From Alphaproteobacteria bacterium (GTDB lineage Bacteria; Pseudomonadota; Alphaproteobacteria; MPNO01; UBA830), in NCBI GenBank assembly GCA_965243135.1, contig OZ251539.1, forward strand, positions 4,384,001 to 4,448,000: 64,000 bases of DNA, given 5' to 3'. The notes under the pieces are model-generated. The model ran no database searches and was not told where the DNA came from. It worked only from the letters and a program-made list of their open reading frames with translations. This document shows, one piece after another, positions 1-9,681 of the stretch (position 1 is its first letter; each line of letters starts with the position of its first letter). The translations under genes and the position numbers were made by a program.

Positions 1-992
1 CGACGGGCGCGACCGTGCTCATTCTCGACGAGCCCACGTCCGTGCTGTCTCCGCCGGAAACCGTGCGGCTGATGGGCATCGTCCGGCGCGTCGCGGAGGC
101 CGGCCGATGCGTCGTCCTGATAAGCCACAAGCTCAGGGAAGTGTTCGGCGTCGCGGACGACGTGATCGTAATGCGCGCCGGCCGCGTGGTTCACGAAAGC
201 GCCGTGGCGCGGACGGATCCCGAGACCCTGGCGCGGCATATCGTCGGCGACCGGAAAATGCCCGGCCGGCACCGGCCGCCGGACGCAGCCGGCGAAAGAG
301 CGTTGCAGGTGGATAATCTGTCGGTCGACGGCGACCATGGAGCGCCCGCGGTGCGCAACGTTTCGTTTTCGGTTCGAAAAGGGGAGATCGTGTCGATCGC
401 CGGCGTTACGGGCAACGGTCAGAGCGAACTGATGGAAACCTTGGGCGGCCTGCGTCCGCATCGTTCCGGCAGCATCGCCGGACCGGGCAGCGGCTACGCC
501 TATATTCCGGCCCAGCATCTCGGCACGGCCCTGGCGCCAAGCCTTTCCGTCGCGGACAACGCGCTTCTGGGCCATCACCGCGGGCCGCCCTTCGGCCGGT
601 GGATGAAGCCCCGCCGGGTGCGAGACCACGCGAGGCGGGTGATCGAGGCCTACGACGTATCCGCCGATCTCGACTCGGTCGTCCGAAGACTGTCAGGCGG
701 CAACCTGCAACGAGTCGTGCTGGGCCGCGAACTGCTGAACGATCCCGATCTGATCGTCGCCGATTATCCAACGCGCGGACTCGACATTGCCTCCGCCGCG
801 CAAATCCGGTCCGCCCTCGTGGCGCGCGCCGCCGCCGGCGCCGCGGTCCTCGTGTCGAGCGAAGAAATCGAGGAGTCGCTGGAAATCGCCAACCGCATCC
901 TGGTGTTCCACGGAGGCGGCATCGTCGCCGAACGCGACGCCGGCGAACTGAGCGCCGAAGAACTCGGCCAATTGATGACGATCGGCGCATGA
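1..992 (+). CDS. ABC transporter ATP-binding protein, simple sugar/nucleoside (CUT2) type; 5'-partial
   Basis: LILDEPT and ISHKL of the first NBD, then GVTGNGQSEL and LSGGNLQR of the second NBD; the gene begins before the window. Confidence 0.92.
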   Translation, partial: TGATVLILDEPTSVLSPPETVRLMGIVRRVAEAGRCVVLISHKLREVFGVADDVIVMRAGRVVHESAVARTDPETLARHIVGDRKMPGRHRPPDAAGERALQVDNLSVDGDHGAPAVRNVSFSVRKGEIVSIAGVTGNGQSELMETLGGLRPHRSGSIAGPGSGYAYIPAQHLGTALAPSLSVADNALLGHHRGPPFGRWMKPRRVRDHARRVIEAYDVSADLDSVVRRLSGGNLQRVVLGRELLNDPDLIVADYPTRGLDIASAAQIRSALVARAAAGAAVLVSSEEIEESLEIANRILVFHGGGIVAERDAGELSAEELGQLMTIGA

Positions 993-2065
993 AGATCCCC
1001 CGCCTGCGTCTCGAGCCCCGGTTCGACGAAATGGAGTCGCTCGAGCGGGCGCTGCGTACGGCGGTCGGCATATTGCTGGCCCTCGCCGCGGGCGCCCTGT
1101 TGCTGTGGGTTTCCGGATACGATCCGGCAGTCGCCTACCAGGCTCTGTTCCGGGGATCGTTCGGTTCGCTCCGGGCGGCGTCCGCGACCCTGAACAAGTC
1201 CGTGCCGATCGCGCTTTGCGCCTACGGCATCGCGCTGGCCTATCGCGCCAACCTGTGGAACGTGGGAGCCGAGGGGCAATTGTATTTCGGGGCGTTCGCC
1301 GCAGCGGGAGTCGGTCTGCACCTTCCGGGCGACACGCCCTCCCATATCGCCATGCCGCTCTACTTCGCAGCCGCCATGGCGGGCGGAGGCGTCTGGGCGG
1401 GAATCGCAGGCATGCTTCGCGCGCATCTCGGCATGAACGAGATCCTGTCGACGCTGATGCTGACCTACGTCGCCATTCTCTGGGTCGACTATCTCGTCAT
1501 AGGCCCCTGGGTGGATCCGCTCGCCTTCTCGTTTCCTTTCTCTCCTCCGGTCATCGAGGGCGTCCGGTTGGGAACTCTCTGGAACGCCGTGCATTACGGC
1601 CTCCTGTTCTCGTTGTCGGGCGCGGTTCTTCTCCATCTCGTCGACCGCGGTTCCCGGTGGGGCTACGAGCTGCGAGTGACCGGCAGCAGCCGCCGTGCGG
1701 CGCGGTACGGCGGCATTCGCGAAACGCGGATCACCGTCGCCGCCTTGGTCGCGGCGGGCATGGCCGCCGGCCTGGCCGGAGCCGTGGAGGTGTCCGCATC
1801 CACCTCGCGGCTGCAATCGGGCCTGTCGCCCGGCTACGGCTTCATGGCCATTCTGGTCGCCTGGCTGGCGAACGGCAGGGCGTTCGGAATTCTGATCGCC
1901 TCGGTGTTCTACGCCGGCCTTCTCAACGGCGGCTTCGCGTTGCAGGTGTCGAAGATCCCGCCGGCGATCGGCACCATCCTGCAGGCGGGCCTGCTCATCG
2001 CCGTCCTGAGCGTGGTCGGGCTGGCCAGCTACCGGCTGCGCCCCGTGCGGGAAGGCGCTCCATGA
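989..2065 (+). CDS. ABC transporter permease (nucleoside type)
   Basis: ATGA overlap with the previous gene; hydrophobic; WNVGAEGQ, NEILSTLML and GYGFMAILVAWL motifs. Confidence 0.9.
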   Translation: MKIPRLRLEPRFDEMESLERALRTAVGILLALAAGALLLWVSGYDPAVAYQALFRGSFGSLRAASATLNKSVPIALCAYGIALAYRANLWNVGAEGQLYFGAFAAAGVGLHLPGDTPSHIAMPLYFAAAMAGGGVWAGIAGMLRAHLGMNEILSTLMLTYVAILWVDYLVIGPWVDPLAFSFPFSPPVIEGVRLGTLWNAVHYGLLFSLSGAVLLHLVDRGSRWGYELRVTGSSRRAARYGGIRETRITVAALVAAGMAAGLAGAVEVSASTSRLQSGLSPGYGFMAILVAWLANGRAFGILIASVFYAGLLNGGFALQVSKIPPAIGTILQAGLLIAVLSVVGLASYRLRPVREGAP

Positions 2066-2988
2066 GCGTCGAACTGCTCCTCGCGGCGGCGCTGGTGTCG
2101 GCGACGCCCGTACTGTTCGCCGCCCTGGGCGAACTCCTGACCGAGCGGGCCGGCGTTCTCAACCTGGGACTCGAAGGAACCATGTTGGTAGGCGCGGTCT
2201 CCGGGTTCGCCGTCGCGACGGTCACGGCGTCGGCGGCGCTCGGAGCGCTCGGCGCGATGGCCGCCGGAGCTGCGTTCGGACTGCTTTTCGCCGTGCTGGC
2301 GATCACCCTGCGCCTCAATCAGGTGGTCACGGGACTTTCCCTCACGATCCTCGGAACCGGCCTGTCCGCCTTCGCAGGAAAACCTTTCATCGGAGTCCCG
2401 CCGAAGGCGACGGTGCAGAAACTGGACCTCGGCATCCTCTCCGATCTTCCCTTCGTCGGCCCCATCCTGTTCGCGCAGGATCCGCTGGTCTATCTCGCCA
2501 TCGCGTTGACGGCCGCGATCGCCGTTTTCCTGAACAGGACCCGAGCGGGACTCGTTCTCAGAACGCTCGGCGAGAGCCCCGACGTGGCGGACGCGCTGGG
2601 CCATCCCGTCGCCGCGTTGCGCTATCTCTACGTCATGGCCGGCACGGCGCTGGCGGGGCTTGGCGGCGCCTATCTGTCCCTTGCCTTTACGCCGTCATGG
2701 ATCGAGATGATGACGGCGGGGCGCGGCTGGATCGCGATCGCCCTCGTCGTCTTCGCCGTATGGCGGCCGTGGTGGGTTTTCGCGGGCGCTCTTTGCTTCG
2801 GCGCAGTGGACGCGTTGCGCTTCCGCGCCCAAGTCAGCGACGAATTGTTCCTCGACGTCCATTTCTTGAGCATGCTACCCTATCTTGCGACGATCGCGGT
2901 GCTGGCGTTCGTCAGCCGGGGAAGCGTGCGCCGCCGGCTCGGCGTGCCGTCGGCCTTGGGAATCGCGTTCGATCGCGAACGGCGCTAG
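2062..2988 (+). CDS. ABC transporter permease (second subunit)
   Basis: ATGA overlap; ERAGVLNLGLEG and GRGWIAIALV motifs. Confidence 0.9.
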   Translation: MSVELLLAAALVSATPVLFAALGELLTERAGVLNLGLEGTMLVGAVSGFAVATVTASAALGALGAMAAGAAFGLLFAVLAITLRLNQVVTGLSLTILGTGLSAFAGKPFIGVPPKATVQKLDLGILSDLPFVGPILFAQDPLVYLAIALTAAIAVFLNRTRAGLVLRTLGESPDVADALGHPVAALRYLYVMAGTALAGLGGAYLSLAFTPSWIEMMTAGRGWIAIALVVFAVWRPWWVFAGALCFGAVDALRFRAQVSDELFLDVHFLSMLPYLATIAVLAFVSRGSVRRRLGVPSALGIAFDRERR

Positions 2989-2996
2989 GAGGCGTC

Positions 2997-3764
2997 ATGC
3001 GGGCATACGTTTACGGAGAGCCCAGAGAGCTTCCCGGCGGATTCGAGGAGTTCGTCGATCCGTCGCGTTCCGTCGTCGTGTCCATCGACATGCATCAGGG
3101 GCACCTCGCTGACACCCCCGATTGCCCCTGCCCCGCGCCCCGGGCGCGGGCGATCGTTGCTCCCATCGACCGGTTTCACGCCGCCGCGCGCCAGCTGGGC
3201 GTTCCCGTAATTCATGTCAGGTCGGTGCTCCGCAAGGGAGGAGTCGACGACATCAACGGCGTGAAATCGGCATGGCGGATGGTCTTTCCGTTGTTCGTCG
3301 GAGATATCCCGAATTCCGACGAGCACGCCATCGAGGGTACGCGCTGGACGGAATTCGCGACCGAGGTGAAAGAAGACGACCTCGTCGTCCAGACCAAGAA
3401 ACGGCTTACGGCCTTCTACCCGTCGGATCTCGATTTTCTGCTGCGCAACATGGGCGCGCGCACGATCGCGATCAACGGCGGCATGACCGATTGCTGCGTG
3501 CTCAACACGGCCTTCGACGGCAGCAATCTCGGCTACCGGGTCGTGGCCCTGCGGGATCTCGTTCGCGGAACGAACGAGGAGATGGAGGAAGCGGCGCTGA
3601 AAATGCTGTCCATTCACCTGGGTCTGGTAATGGAGAGCGAGGATCTGCTGTCGGAATGGCGCGCCGGGAGAGGCGGACTTTCGGCCCGAGGAGACCGTGA
3701 ACCGTCAGCGCGAATCTCCGGCTCCGCCCGGCAACGGAAAGGCGCGATTCGCGGCGAAGCCTGA
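2997..3764 (+). CDS. Cysteine hydrolase (isochorismatase family)
   Basis: AGGAGG RBS; catalytic triad motifs IDMH, KKR and GGMTDCCV. Confidence 0.88.
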   Translation: MRAYVYGEPRELPGGFEEFVDPSRSVVVSIDMHQGHLADTPDCPCPAPRARAIVAPIDRFHAAARQLGVPVIHVRSVLRKGGVDDINGVKSAWRMVFPLFVGDIPNSDEHAIEGTRWTEFATEVKEDDLVVQTKKRLTAFYPSDLDFLLRNMGARTIAINGGMTDCCVLNTAFDGSNLGYRVVALRDLVRGTNEEMEEAALKMLSIHLGLVMESEDLLSEWRAGRGGLSARGDREPSARISGSARQRKGAIRGEA

Positions 3765-3999
3765 AACCTCGCTCGCGGTCGCAAGCGCGACCGAACTTCT
3801 TGGAGGCCGAGCGAGCTGTCCGAACGGCGATGCGTCGGCGCGATTCCCGACTAAAACCGCGGACACCCGGCAACGACATTGACGTTGCTTAGCAACGTGG
3901 TTGTCGATGCAGCGTCCTGAAGGCGAACGCGCAACCACCGCAATGTCCAAGCGCCGAGGGAACGATTTCAAGCGTCGCATCGTCAGCGGGAACGGGCAT

Positions 4000-4119
4000 G
4001 AATTCGGACGTCGCGAATCAATCGAGCGCGGAGACGACTTGCCGACTTCGTCGCTGACGCTCGACGAACTTCTCGTCAAGCCCGCGGAAGCGGGTCTATG
4101 GAGGGGAAACGCTGAATAA
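4000..4119 (+). pseudogene. Fragment of a VapC-like PIN toxin gene
   Basis: Translates IERGDDLPTSSLTLDELLVKPAEAG, resembling the PIN-internal TS.LTLGE.LVKP motif; both ends missing. Confidence 0.45.
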
Positions 4120-4131
4120 AAGGAGCTCGAT

Positions 4132-4752
4132 ATGCTTCCGGTCAACAGTCTGGATCAGGCGATCGAGAACATTTCCCGCTACCAAACCGAAATCCGGGAG
4201 TCGCCAGCACTCGCCGGACGGATGAGATTCGTGCGGGCATGGTACGCCATCGGAGACGGAACGTGGCTCTTCGCGCCGTCGAAATTCATCGGGTACACGA
4301 AGAACACCGCCGATGCCTATCTGTTGAAAGCCCGCAGCGATATGGACGGCCGGGATACCGAGCGCGTTCTTCAGGAATGGTTTGCGCCGGCCGATCGCAC
4401 AGCCGAGCTCGACGAGGCGCTGCAGAAGTTTCTCCAAAGCCGCGGACATTCCGCTCCGAACGCAAAGGCGCGAATTTGCGTTCTCAAGGAGAGCGGCAGG
4501 GAACGGCCGATCGACGCTTCCATCGACCCGGAGCTCAGGAAACGCATTCATTCGGACGCCGCGATCTGCGGCGGACGTCCGCTTATCCGGGGCACCCGGA
4601 TCCGGGTTTGCGACATTCTCGGCATGCTGGCCAATGGAGTGTCCGCGTCCGAGATGCTTGCCGACTATCCCTATCTGACCGAAGCGGATTTGAAAGCGGC
4701 TCTGGCCTTCGGCGCGGCGGCGACCGAGCGCCCCGCCGTCATCGCCTCCTGA
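4132..4752 (+). CDS. DUF433 antitoxin with an extra ~125-aa N-terminal domain
   Basis: AAGGAG RBS; C-terminal IHSDAAICGGRPLIRGTRIRV...YPYLTEADLKAALAF is typical DUF433. Confidence 0.85.
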   Translation: MLPVNSLDQAIENISRYQTEIRESPALAGRMRFVRAWYAIGDGTWLFAPSKFIGYTKNTADAYLLKARSDMDGRDTERVLQEWFAPADRTAELDEALQKFLQSRGHSAPNAKARICVLKESGRERPIDASIDPELRKRIHSDAAICGGRPLIRGTRIRVCDILGMLANGVSASEMLADYPYLTEADLKAALAFGAAATERPAVIAS

Positions 4753-4855
4753 ACGAGGCTGGGCCCATGAGACGGAGCCGGGACGGTCCGGTAGTTCTCC
4801 AATATTCCGGGGGCAAGACCATATATGGACTGCGACGACCGACTCCCGCGAGCAC

Positions 4856-4955
4856 CTGCGCTTCCTGATGGATGCGCAACTGTCGCCAAGCTTGTCCCGG
4901 TGGCTCGCCCGGAAAGGTTATCCGTCGGAGCGCGTTAACCGTCTGGGTCTCGCGC
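4856..4955 (+). pseudogene. Truncated DUF5615 PIN-like toxin (N-terminus only)
   Basis: LRFLMDAQLSPSLSRWLARKGYPSERVNRLGL directly downstream of DUF433; similarity ends where the convergent gene ends. Confidence 0.7.
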
Positions 4956-4963
4956 GGCCATCG

Positions 4964-5695
4964 TCAACGCGACAGCAACGCCGCCAGCTCCCGGTCGATC
5001 GCCGCGGCGAAAACGTACGCCTGCCTCGATTTGAGCGCGGCGGGCGAATCCGGACCGCCCGCCGCGCAGGCGTCGCAGGCGTTGAAACTGCTGAACGGCA
5101 CCGGCGCGACCTTCGTGGTCTCCTCCAGGCGCCGTTTTTCCTCTTCGGTCTCGGGTGCGATTTTTTCTCCGGAGCCGAGCAGTCGCGCGGCGGCCTCCTC
5201 GTCGCCGCCCGCCCTGCTCCGCGCCATGTCCATCCAGACGCGCTGATGCGCCGCCGCAGCGCGGTAATAGCCGCGCACGCAGCATTCGGGATAGCCGAGC
5301 AGCCGCGCCTCCTGCTCGACGCTGACGGCCCCGTTCTCGGGAATGCCCGCGACTTCCGCGGCCACGGCGCGGGCGCGGCAGACGTAGTAGGCGCGAAGCC
5401 CGGCAAGGGACTGGCGGGCGTGCGCCAGATACCAGTCGGGCAGGCCGGCGTCGGCGCCCGCGTCCCAGTACGGACCCTGCACGACGTGCAGGCCGGCTTC
5501 GCCGGCGATCCCCAGAAGGCCCTCCAGCCATTCCGCGGAGCCGTAGCCGCGGCCCAGCAGCGTGACCGGCTTGATCCCGGCCATCGTGGACAGCAGATCC
5601 AGCGCCTCCTGGGCCGCGGCGACGGGATCGGGCGCCGGTATGCGGCGCATCTTTTTCAGCGCGTTGCGTAGTTTCGCCTTGTTTGGAACGGCCAT
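4964..5695 (-). CDS. Hypothetical protein with LLGYPECC and CDAC cysteine motifs
   Basis: 243-aa ORF starting 6 bp after the MFS gene, protein-like composition. Confidence 0.75.
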   Translation of the reverse strand: MAVPNKAKLRNALKKMRRIPAPDPVAAAQEALDLLSTMAGIKPVTLLGRGYGSAEWLEGLLGIAGEAGLHVVQGPYWDAGADAGLPDWYLAHARQSLAGLRAYYVCRARAVAAEVAGIPENGAVSVEQEARLLGYPECCVRGYYRAAAAHQRVWMDMARSRAGGDEEAAARLLGSGEKIAPETEEEKRRLEETTKVAPVPFSSFNACDACAAGGPDSPAALKSRQAYVFAAAIDRELAALLSR

Positions 5696-5701
5696 GTCCG
5701 C

Positions 5702-7213
5702 CTACCCGCCGGCCCCGGCCTCGCCGTCCCGAGACAGTAGAAGCACCATCGGGACGGCGGCCAGAGCGCCGATCGTTATCAGGTGAAAATCGTTGACGAA
5801 GCCGATGGCCATCGCCTGCCGCGATATCTCGCGTTGCAGGGCGGCCAGCCCCTCGACGGTCGAAAGATCCCAGGCGCCGGGCAACCACGGCGCGAGTTCG
5901 CCGTAGGGAACCGCGCGTTCCGACAGGTGCGCCTGCACGTTGGACTGGGTGCGCGACAACACGGCGATCACGACGGAGACCCCGATCCCGCTGCCGTAGT
6001 TGCGCATCAAACTGGTCAGGGTCGATGCCTCCGTGCGGAGGCGCACGGGCAGCGTCCAGAACGAGACCGCCGTCAACGGCACGAAAATCAGGCCGATGCC
6101 GATGCCGTTGAAGAACGCCGCGAAGACGAGCGGCCATATTCCGACCTCGGTCGTGAAAGTCGAAAAGAGCCAGGCCGAATAGGCGGTCGAGCCGAAACCG
6201 AGCGCGATCTGGATGCGCGGATCGACGATGCCGGACAGGCGGCCGGCGAGAACGAGCCCGAACAGCGTGCCCACGCCTCTCGGCATCATCACGATCGCCG
6301 CGGTGAGCACCGGCATGCCTCGCAGGTTCTGGAGGAACAGGGGCATGATCACGTTGAGCGACAGAACCAGCACGCCGAGCAGAAACATGAACGCGAGGCC
6401 CACGACGTAGTTGCGGTCGGCGAGGATGCCGCGGCTGATGAACGGGTTTTCCGTGGTCGCGCTGTGCGCGACGAAGAGATAGAACGACAAGGCGGCGACG
6501 GCGGCGGTCGCGACGATCAGCCCGGAATCGAACCATCCCTCGATCTCGCCCCGATCCAGCAGAAACTGGATCGAGGCCAGCGCGAGGCCGATGGCGGCGA
6601 AGCCGAACCAGTCGAAGCGCCGCTCGAGATCGCGCGGCGCCTCGCGGATGAAGAGCATGACGCCCGCTATGGCCGCCATTGCGAACGGAGTCGAAACGTA
6701 GAACACCCAGCGCCAGCTGTACTCGTCGGTCAGCCAGCCGCCGATCACGGGGCCCATGACCGGCGCGAAGGTCACGCCGGCTCCCCAGAGCGCAAGCGCC
6801 CGGCCGTGCAGTCGGCGCGGATAGGCGTCGAGCATCACCGCCTGGCTGACGGGAACCACGGGCGCGGAGAACATGCCCTGAAGCGCGCGGTAGACGAGGA
6901 TCTCCTCGATCGAGGACGCGTTGCCCGAGAGAACCGAACACGCCGCGAAACCGAACAGCGAAATCACGAACAGGCGCTTGCGGCCGATGCGGCCGGCAAG
7001 AAATCCGGTCGCCGACATCGTCACGGCCTGCATCATGAAATACGTCGTCATCACCCAGGAAATCTGGTCCTGATTGGCGCTCAGCCCGCCTTGCATATGA
7101 GGCAGGGCGATGGTGGCGATGGTCATGTCCATGATCACGACCGTCGTCGCCACCATCACCGACACCGTGATCATCGCGCGGTTGCCGTCCCGGGTCGGCG
7201 AGAGTCCGTTCAC
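5702..7213 (-). CDS. DHA2-family (EmrB/QacA) MFS efflux permease
   Basis: DMTIATIALPHMQGGL, WRWVFY and LDRG...WFDS motifs; multi-TM pattern. Confidence 0.93.
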   Translation of the reverse strand: MNGLSPTRDGNRAMITVSVMVATTVVIMDMTIATIALPHMQGGLSANQDQISWVMTTYFMMQAVTMSATGFLAGRIGRKRLFVISLFGFAACSVLSGNASSIEEILVYRALQGMFSAPVVPVSQAVMLDAYPRRLHGRALALWGAGVTFAPVMGPVIGGWLTDEYSWRWVFYVSTPFAMAAIAGVMLFIREAPRDLERRFDWFGFAAIGLALASIQFLLDRGEIEGWFDSGLIVATAAVAALSFYLFVAHSATTENPFISRGILADRNYVVGLAFMFLLGVLVLSLNVIMPLFLQNLRGMPVLTAAIVMMPRGVGTLFGLVLAGRLSGIVDPRIQIALGFGSTAYSAWLFSTFTTEVGIWPLVFAAFFNGIGIGLIFVPLTAVSFWTLPVRLRTEASTLTSLMRNYGSGIGVSVVIAVLSRTQSNVQAHLSERAVPYGELAPWLPGAWDLSTVEGLAALQREISRQAMAIGFVNDFHLITIGALAAVPMVLLLSRDGEAGAGG

Positions 7214-7250
7214 CGGCGCTCTCCGCCGGCAAGTCTCGCGAACGCCGCGT

Positions 7251-8267
7251 TCACCAGACGAACAGGGAGCGTTCGCGACCGGTATCGATCCTGACGCTCA
7301 CCGTCATGCCGGCCCGGAGCCGCAGATCCGGGTGAAGATCCTCGAAGACCAGGCGCACGGGTACGCGCTGAACCACCTTTACCCAATTGCCGGTCGCGTT
7401 CTGGGGCGGCAGCACGGAAAGCTCGGCCCCGGTGGACGGGCTGATCGATGCGACCCGCGCCGTCCAGCGGCGATCGGGATAGGCGTCGACAACCACGCGG
7501 GCGGGCTGGCCCGGCGAGACGTGGGCGAGCTGCGTCTCCTTGAGATTCGCCTCGATCCAGACGTCGTCGGTGCGGACGATGGGGATCACCGCCCTGCCCT
7601 TCGTGACGTATTCGCCCGCCTGCAGCGAGACCTTGCCGACGATGCCGCTGGCCGGCGCCGAGATCTTCGTTCGGCGCAGATCGAGCGCGGCGCGGGCGCG
7701 GCGGGCCATGGCCCGCCGGTAAAGCGGGTGATCTTCGACCTTCGTGTCGTGGCGGCCGCCGAGGCGCGCGACCGCGCTGGACATCTTCCCCCTGAGAGCG
7801 CGGGCCGCGATCCGCGCACGAGCCAGTTCGCCGGATCTCGCCTGCGAGACGGCGTCGAGCGCGGAAAGGAGACGCCGCCGCTCGAAGGCGTCCTCGAGGC
7901 GAGCGATTTTCCGCTCGGTCTCCGTCAGTTCGGCCCGCGCCGTTTGATATTCGACGCGCAACGCGGCCAGGCGGCTGCGGACGTTCGCCAGTTCCGCGTC
8001 CGCCCTGGCGATCTCGATGCGATGCGGTTCGGGATCGAGCTCGAACAGCAGATCGCCGCGGGAAACCCTGTCGTTTTCCCCGACCGGCACGCGGACGGCG
8101 CGGCCGTCGATGTCGGCGCTGACCGCGACGTGCTGCGCCTTCACGTAAGCGTTCTCCGTGCTCACGTAGCGGGTGCCCTTGATCCAGTAATGTCCGCCGG
8201 CGAGAAGCGCGCAGGCCGGCGCCGCGACCAGCAGCGCGATACGGACGAGCGCGCGCCGCATCGTCAC
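7251..8267 (-). CDS. HlyD/EmrA-type membrane fusion protein
   Basis: STENAYV, ANLKETQL and NATGNWVKVVQRVPVR motifs; GTG start overlaps the MarR stop (alternative ATG at 8261). Confidence 0.92.
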   Translation of the reverse strand: MTMRRALVRIALLVAAPACALLAGGHYWIKGTRYVSTENAYVKAQHVAVSADIDGRAVRVPVGENDRVSRGDLLFELDPEPHRIEIARADAELANVRSRLAALRVEYQTARAELTETERKIARLEDAFERRRLLSALDAVSQARSGELARARIAARALRGKMSSAVARLGGRHDTKVEDHPLYRRAMARRARAALDLRRTKISAPASGIVGKVSLQAGEYVTKGRAVIPIVRTDDVWIEANLKETQLAHVSPGQPARVVVDAYPDRRWTARVASISPSTGAELSVLPPQNATGNWVKVVQRVPVRLVFEDLHPDLRLRAGMTVSVRIDTGRERSLFVW

Positions 8268-8719
8268 GCCTCCGCCGGCCCCGCCATCGACGCGAGGTTG
8301 CCCTTTATGCGGCTGAGCAGCGCGTGCAGGCGATCCGCGTCCTCTCCCGAGAGGCCGTCGAGCATGCCTTCCAGCACGTCGCCGGCATGACCGTACATGC
8401 GGTCGAGAATCGGCTTCGCCCGGCCGGTCAGGAACAGGCGCCGGGTTCGCGCGTCGCCGGGATCCGTCCGGCGTTCCACCCAACCCTTGGCTTCCAGCCG
8501 CTCGACGAGCTTGCCGAGGGTCGGCTTGCGGATTTCGAGTTCGGACGCGAGTTCGGTCTGGGTGCAGCCCTCGCGGCGGCTGAGCCGGATCATCACCCGC
8601 CACTGCGAACGCGTCATTCCGAGCGGCTCGACGCGCCGGTCGTAGACGACGCGGATCATCCGCGAGAGATCGCCGATCAGGTATCCCAGATTGTCGGGCG
8701 GTACGGGTCTTGTCGCCAT
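8264..8719 (-). CDS. MarR-family transcriptional regulator
   Basis: TQTELA...LVERLEAKGWVER...DARTRRLFLT; heads the emrAB-like operon. Confidence 0.92.
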   Translation of the reverse strand: MATRPVPPDNLGYLIGDLSRMIRVVYDRRVEPLGMTRSQWRVMIRLSRREGCTQTELASELEIRKPTLGKLVERLEAKGWVERRTDPGDARTRRLFLTGRAKPILDRMYGHAGDVLEGMLDGLSGEDADRLHALLSRIKGNLASMAGPAEA

Positions 8720-8814
8720 GCGCTTTCCCGGACGGATAGTAAGCCGGCTTATCGTCATCTATACCGCAGCTCCCTCCGCATGTATAATCGGAGCCCGGCT
8801 GTCAGACGGATGCC

Positions 8815-9681
8815 ATGATGGAAGTCGTACCGCTGTCCGAGGCGCTGGGCGCCGAAATCCGGGGCGTCGACCTGCGCGATCCCCTGGACGACGAAACCCG
8901 CCGGTCGCTCGTCGACGCCTGGCGCAAGCATATCGTCCTGCTTTTCCGCGGCCAGGAGCTCGACATCGGCCGCCAGACCGCGTTCGCCGCCCTTTTCGGC
9001 GAGGTCGGGCGTCATTTCCGGCCGAAGGAGATCAGGAACGAGGCGGAAGAACTCGGCCCCAACGTCATGCTGGTCTCGAACGTCCGCAAGAACGGCAAGC
9101 CGATCGGCTCGATACCCGACGGCGAAATGATGTTTCATTCCGACACGCCCTATGTCGAGCGCCCCCACAAGGCGACCGTGCTGTACGCTGTCGAGATCCC
9201 CTCGACGGGAGGGAACACGCTTGTCGCCAACAGCTACGCGGCCGCCGAAACCCTGCCCGCGGACGTCAAGCGGCGCCTCGCCGGACGCAAGGCGGTCCAT
9301 GCGTTCGAGTACGGCGCGACCCTGAAGTCCGGCAGGTTCGATCGCAGCGCTGCGCCGCACCATGCGCACCCGGTGTTCCGCAAGCATCCGGCGACCGGAC
9401 GGTCGGCGCTCTTCGTCAGCGAGTTGATGACGGAGGAAATCGTCGGCCTGCCGGAGGAGGAAAGCCGCGATCTTCTCGATCTGCTGTTCGCCCACCAGCG
9501 CCGGCCTGAATTCGTCCACGAGCACGTCTGGCGCCCCGGCGACCTGCTGATCTGGGACAACCGTTGCAGCATTCACGCCCGCACGGATTTCCCGCGCGAG
9601 GAGCGCCGCCTGCTGCGCCGCCTGACGGTGCTCGACGAGCATCCGGTCCTCATGGGCGAACCGCCCGGACTGCCGGCATGA
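8815..9681 (+). CDS. TauD/TfdA-family Fe(II)/2OG dioxygenase
   Basis: LGAEIRGVDL, FHSD, GGNT, WDNR..H.R motifs. Confidence 0.93.
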   Translation: MMEVVPLSEALGAEIRGVDLRDPLDDETRRSLVDAWRKHIVLLFRGQELDIGRQTAFAALFGEVGRHFRPKEIRNEAEELGPNVMLVSNVRKNGKPIGSIPDGEMMFHSDTPYVERPHKATVLYAVEIPSTGGNTLVANSYAAAETLPADVKRRLAGRKAVHAFEYGATLKSGRFDRSAAPHHAHPVFRKHPATGRSALFVSELMTEEIVGLPEEESRDLLDLLFAHQRRPEFVHEHVWRPGDLLIWDNRCSIHARTDFPREERRLLRRLTVLDEHPVLMGEPPGLPA

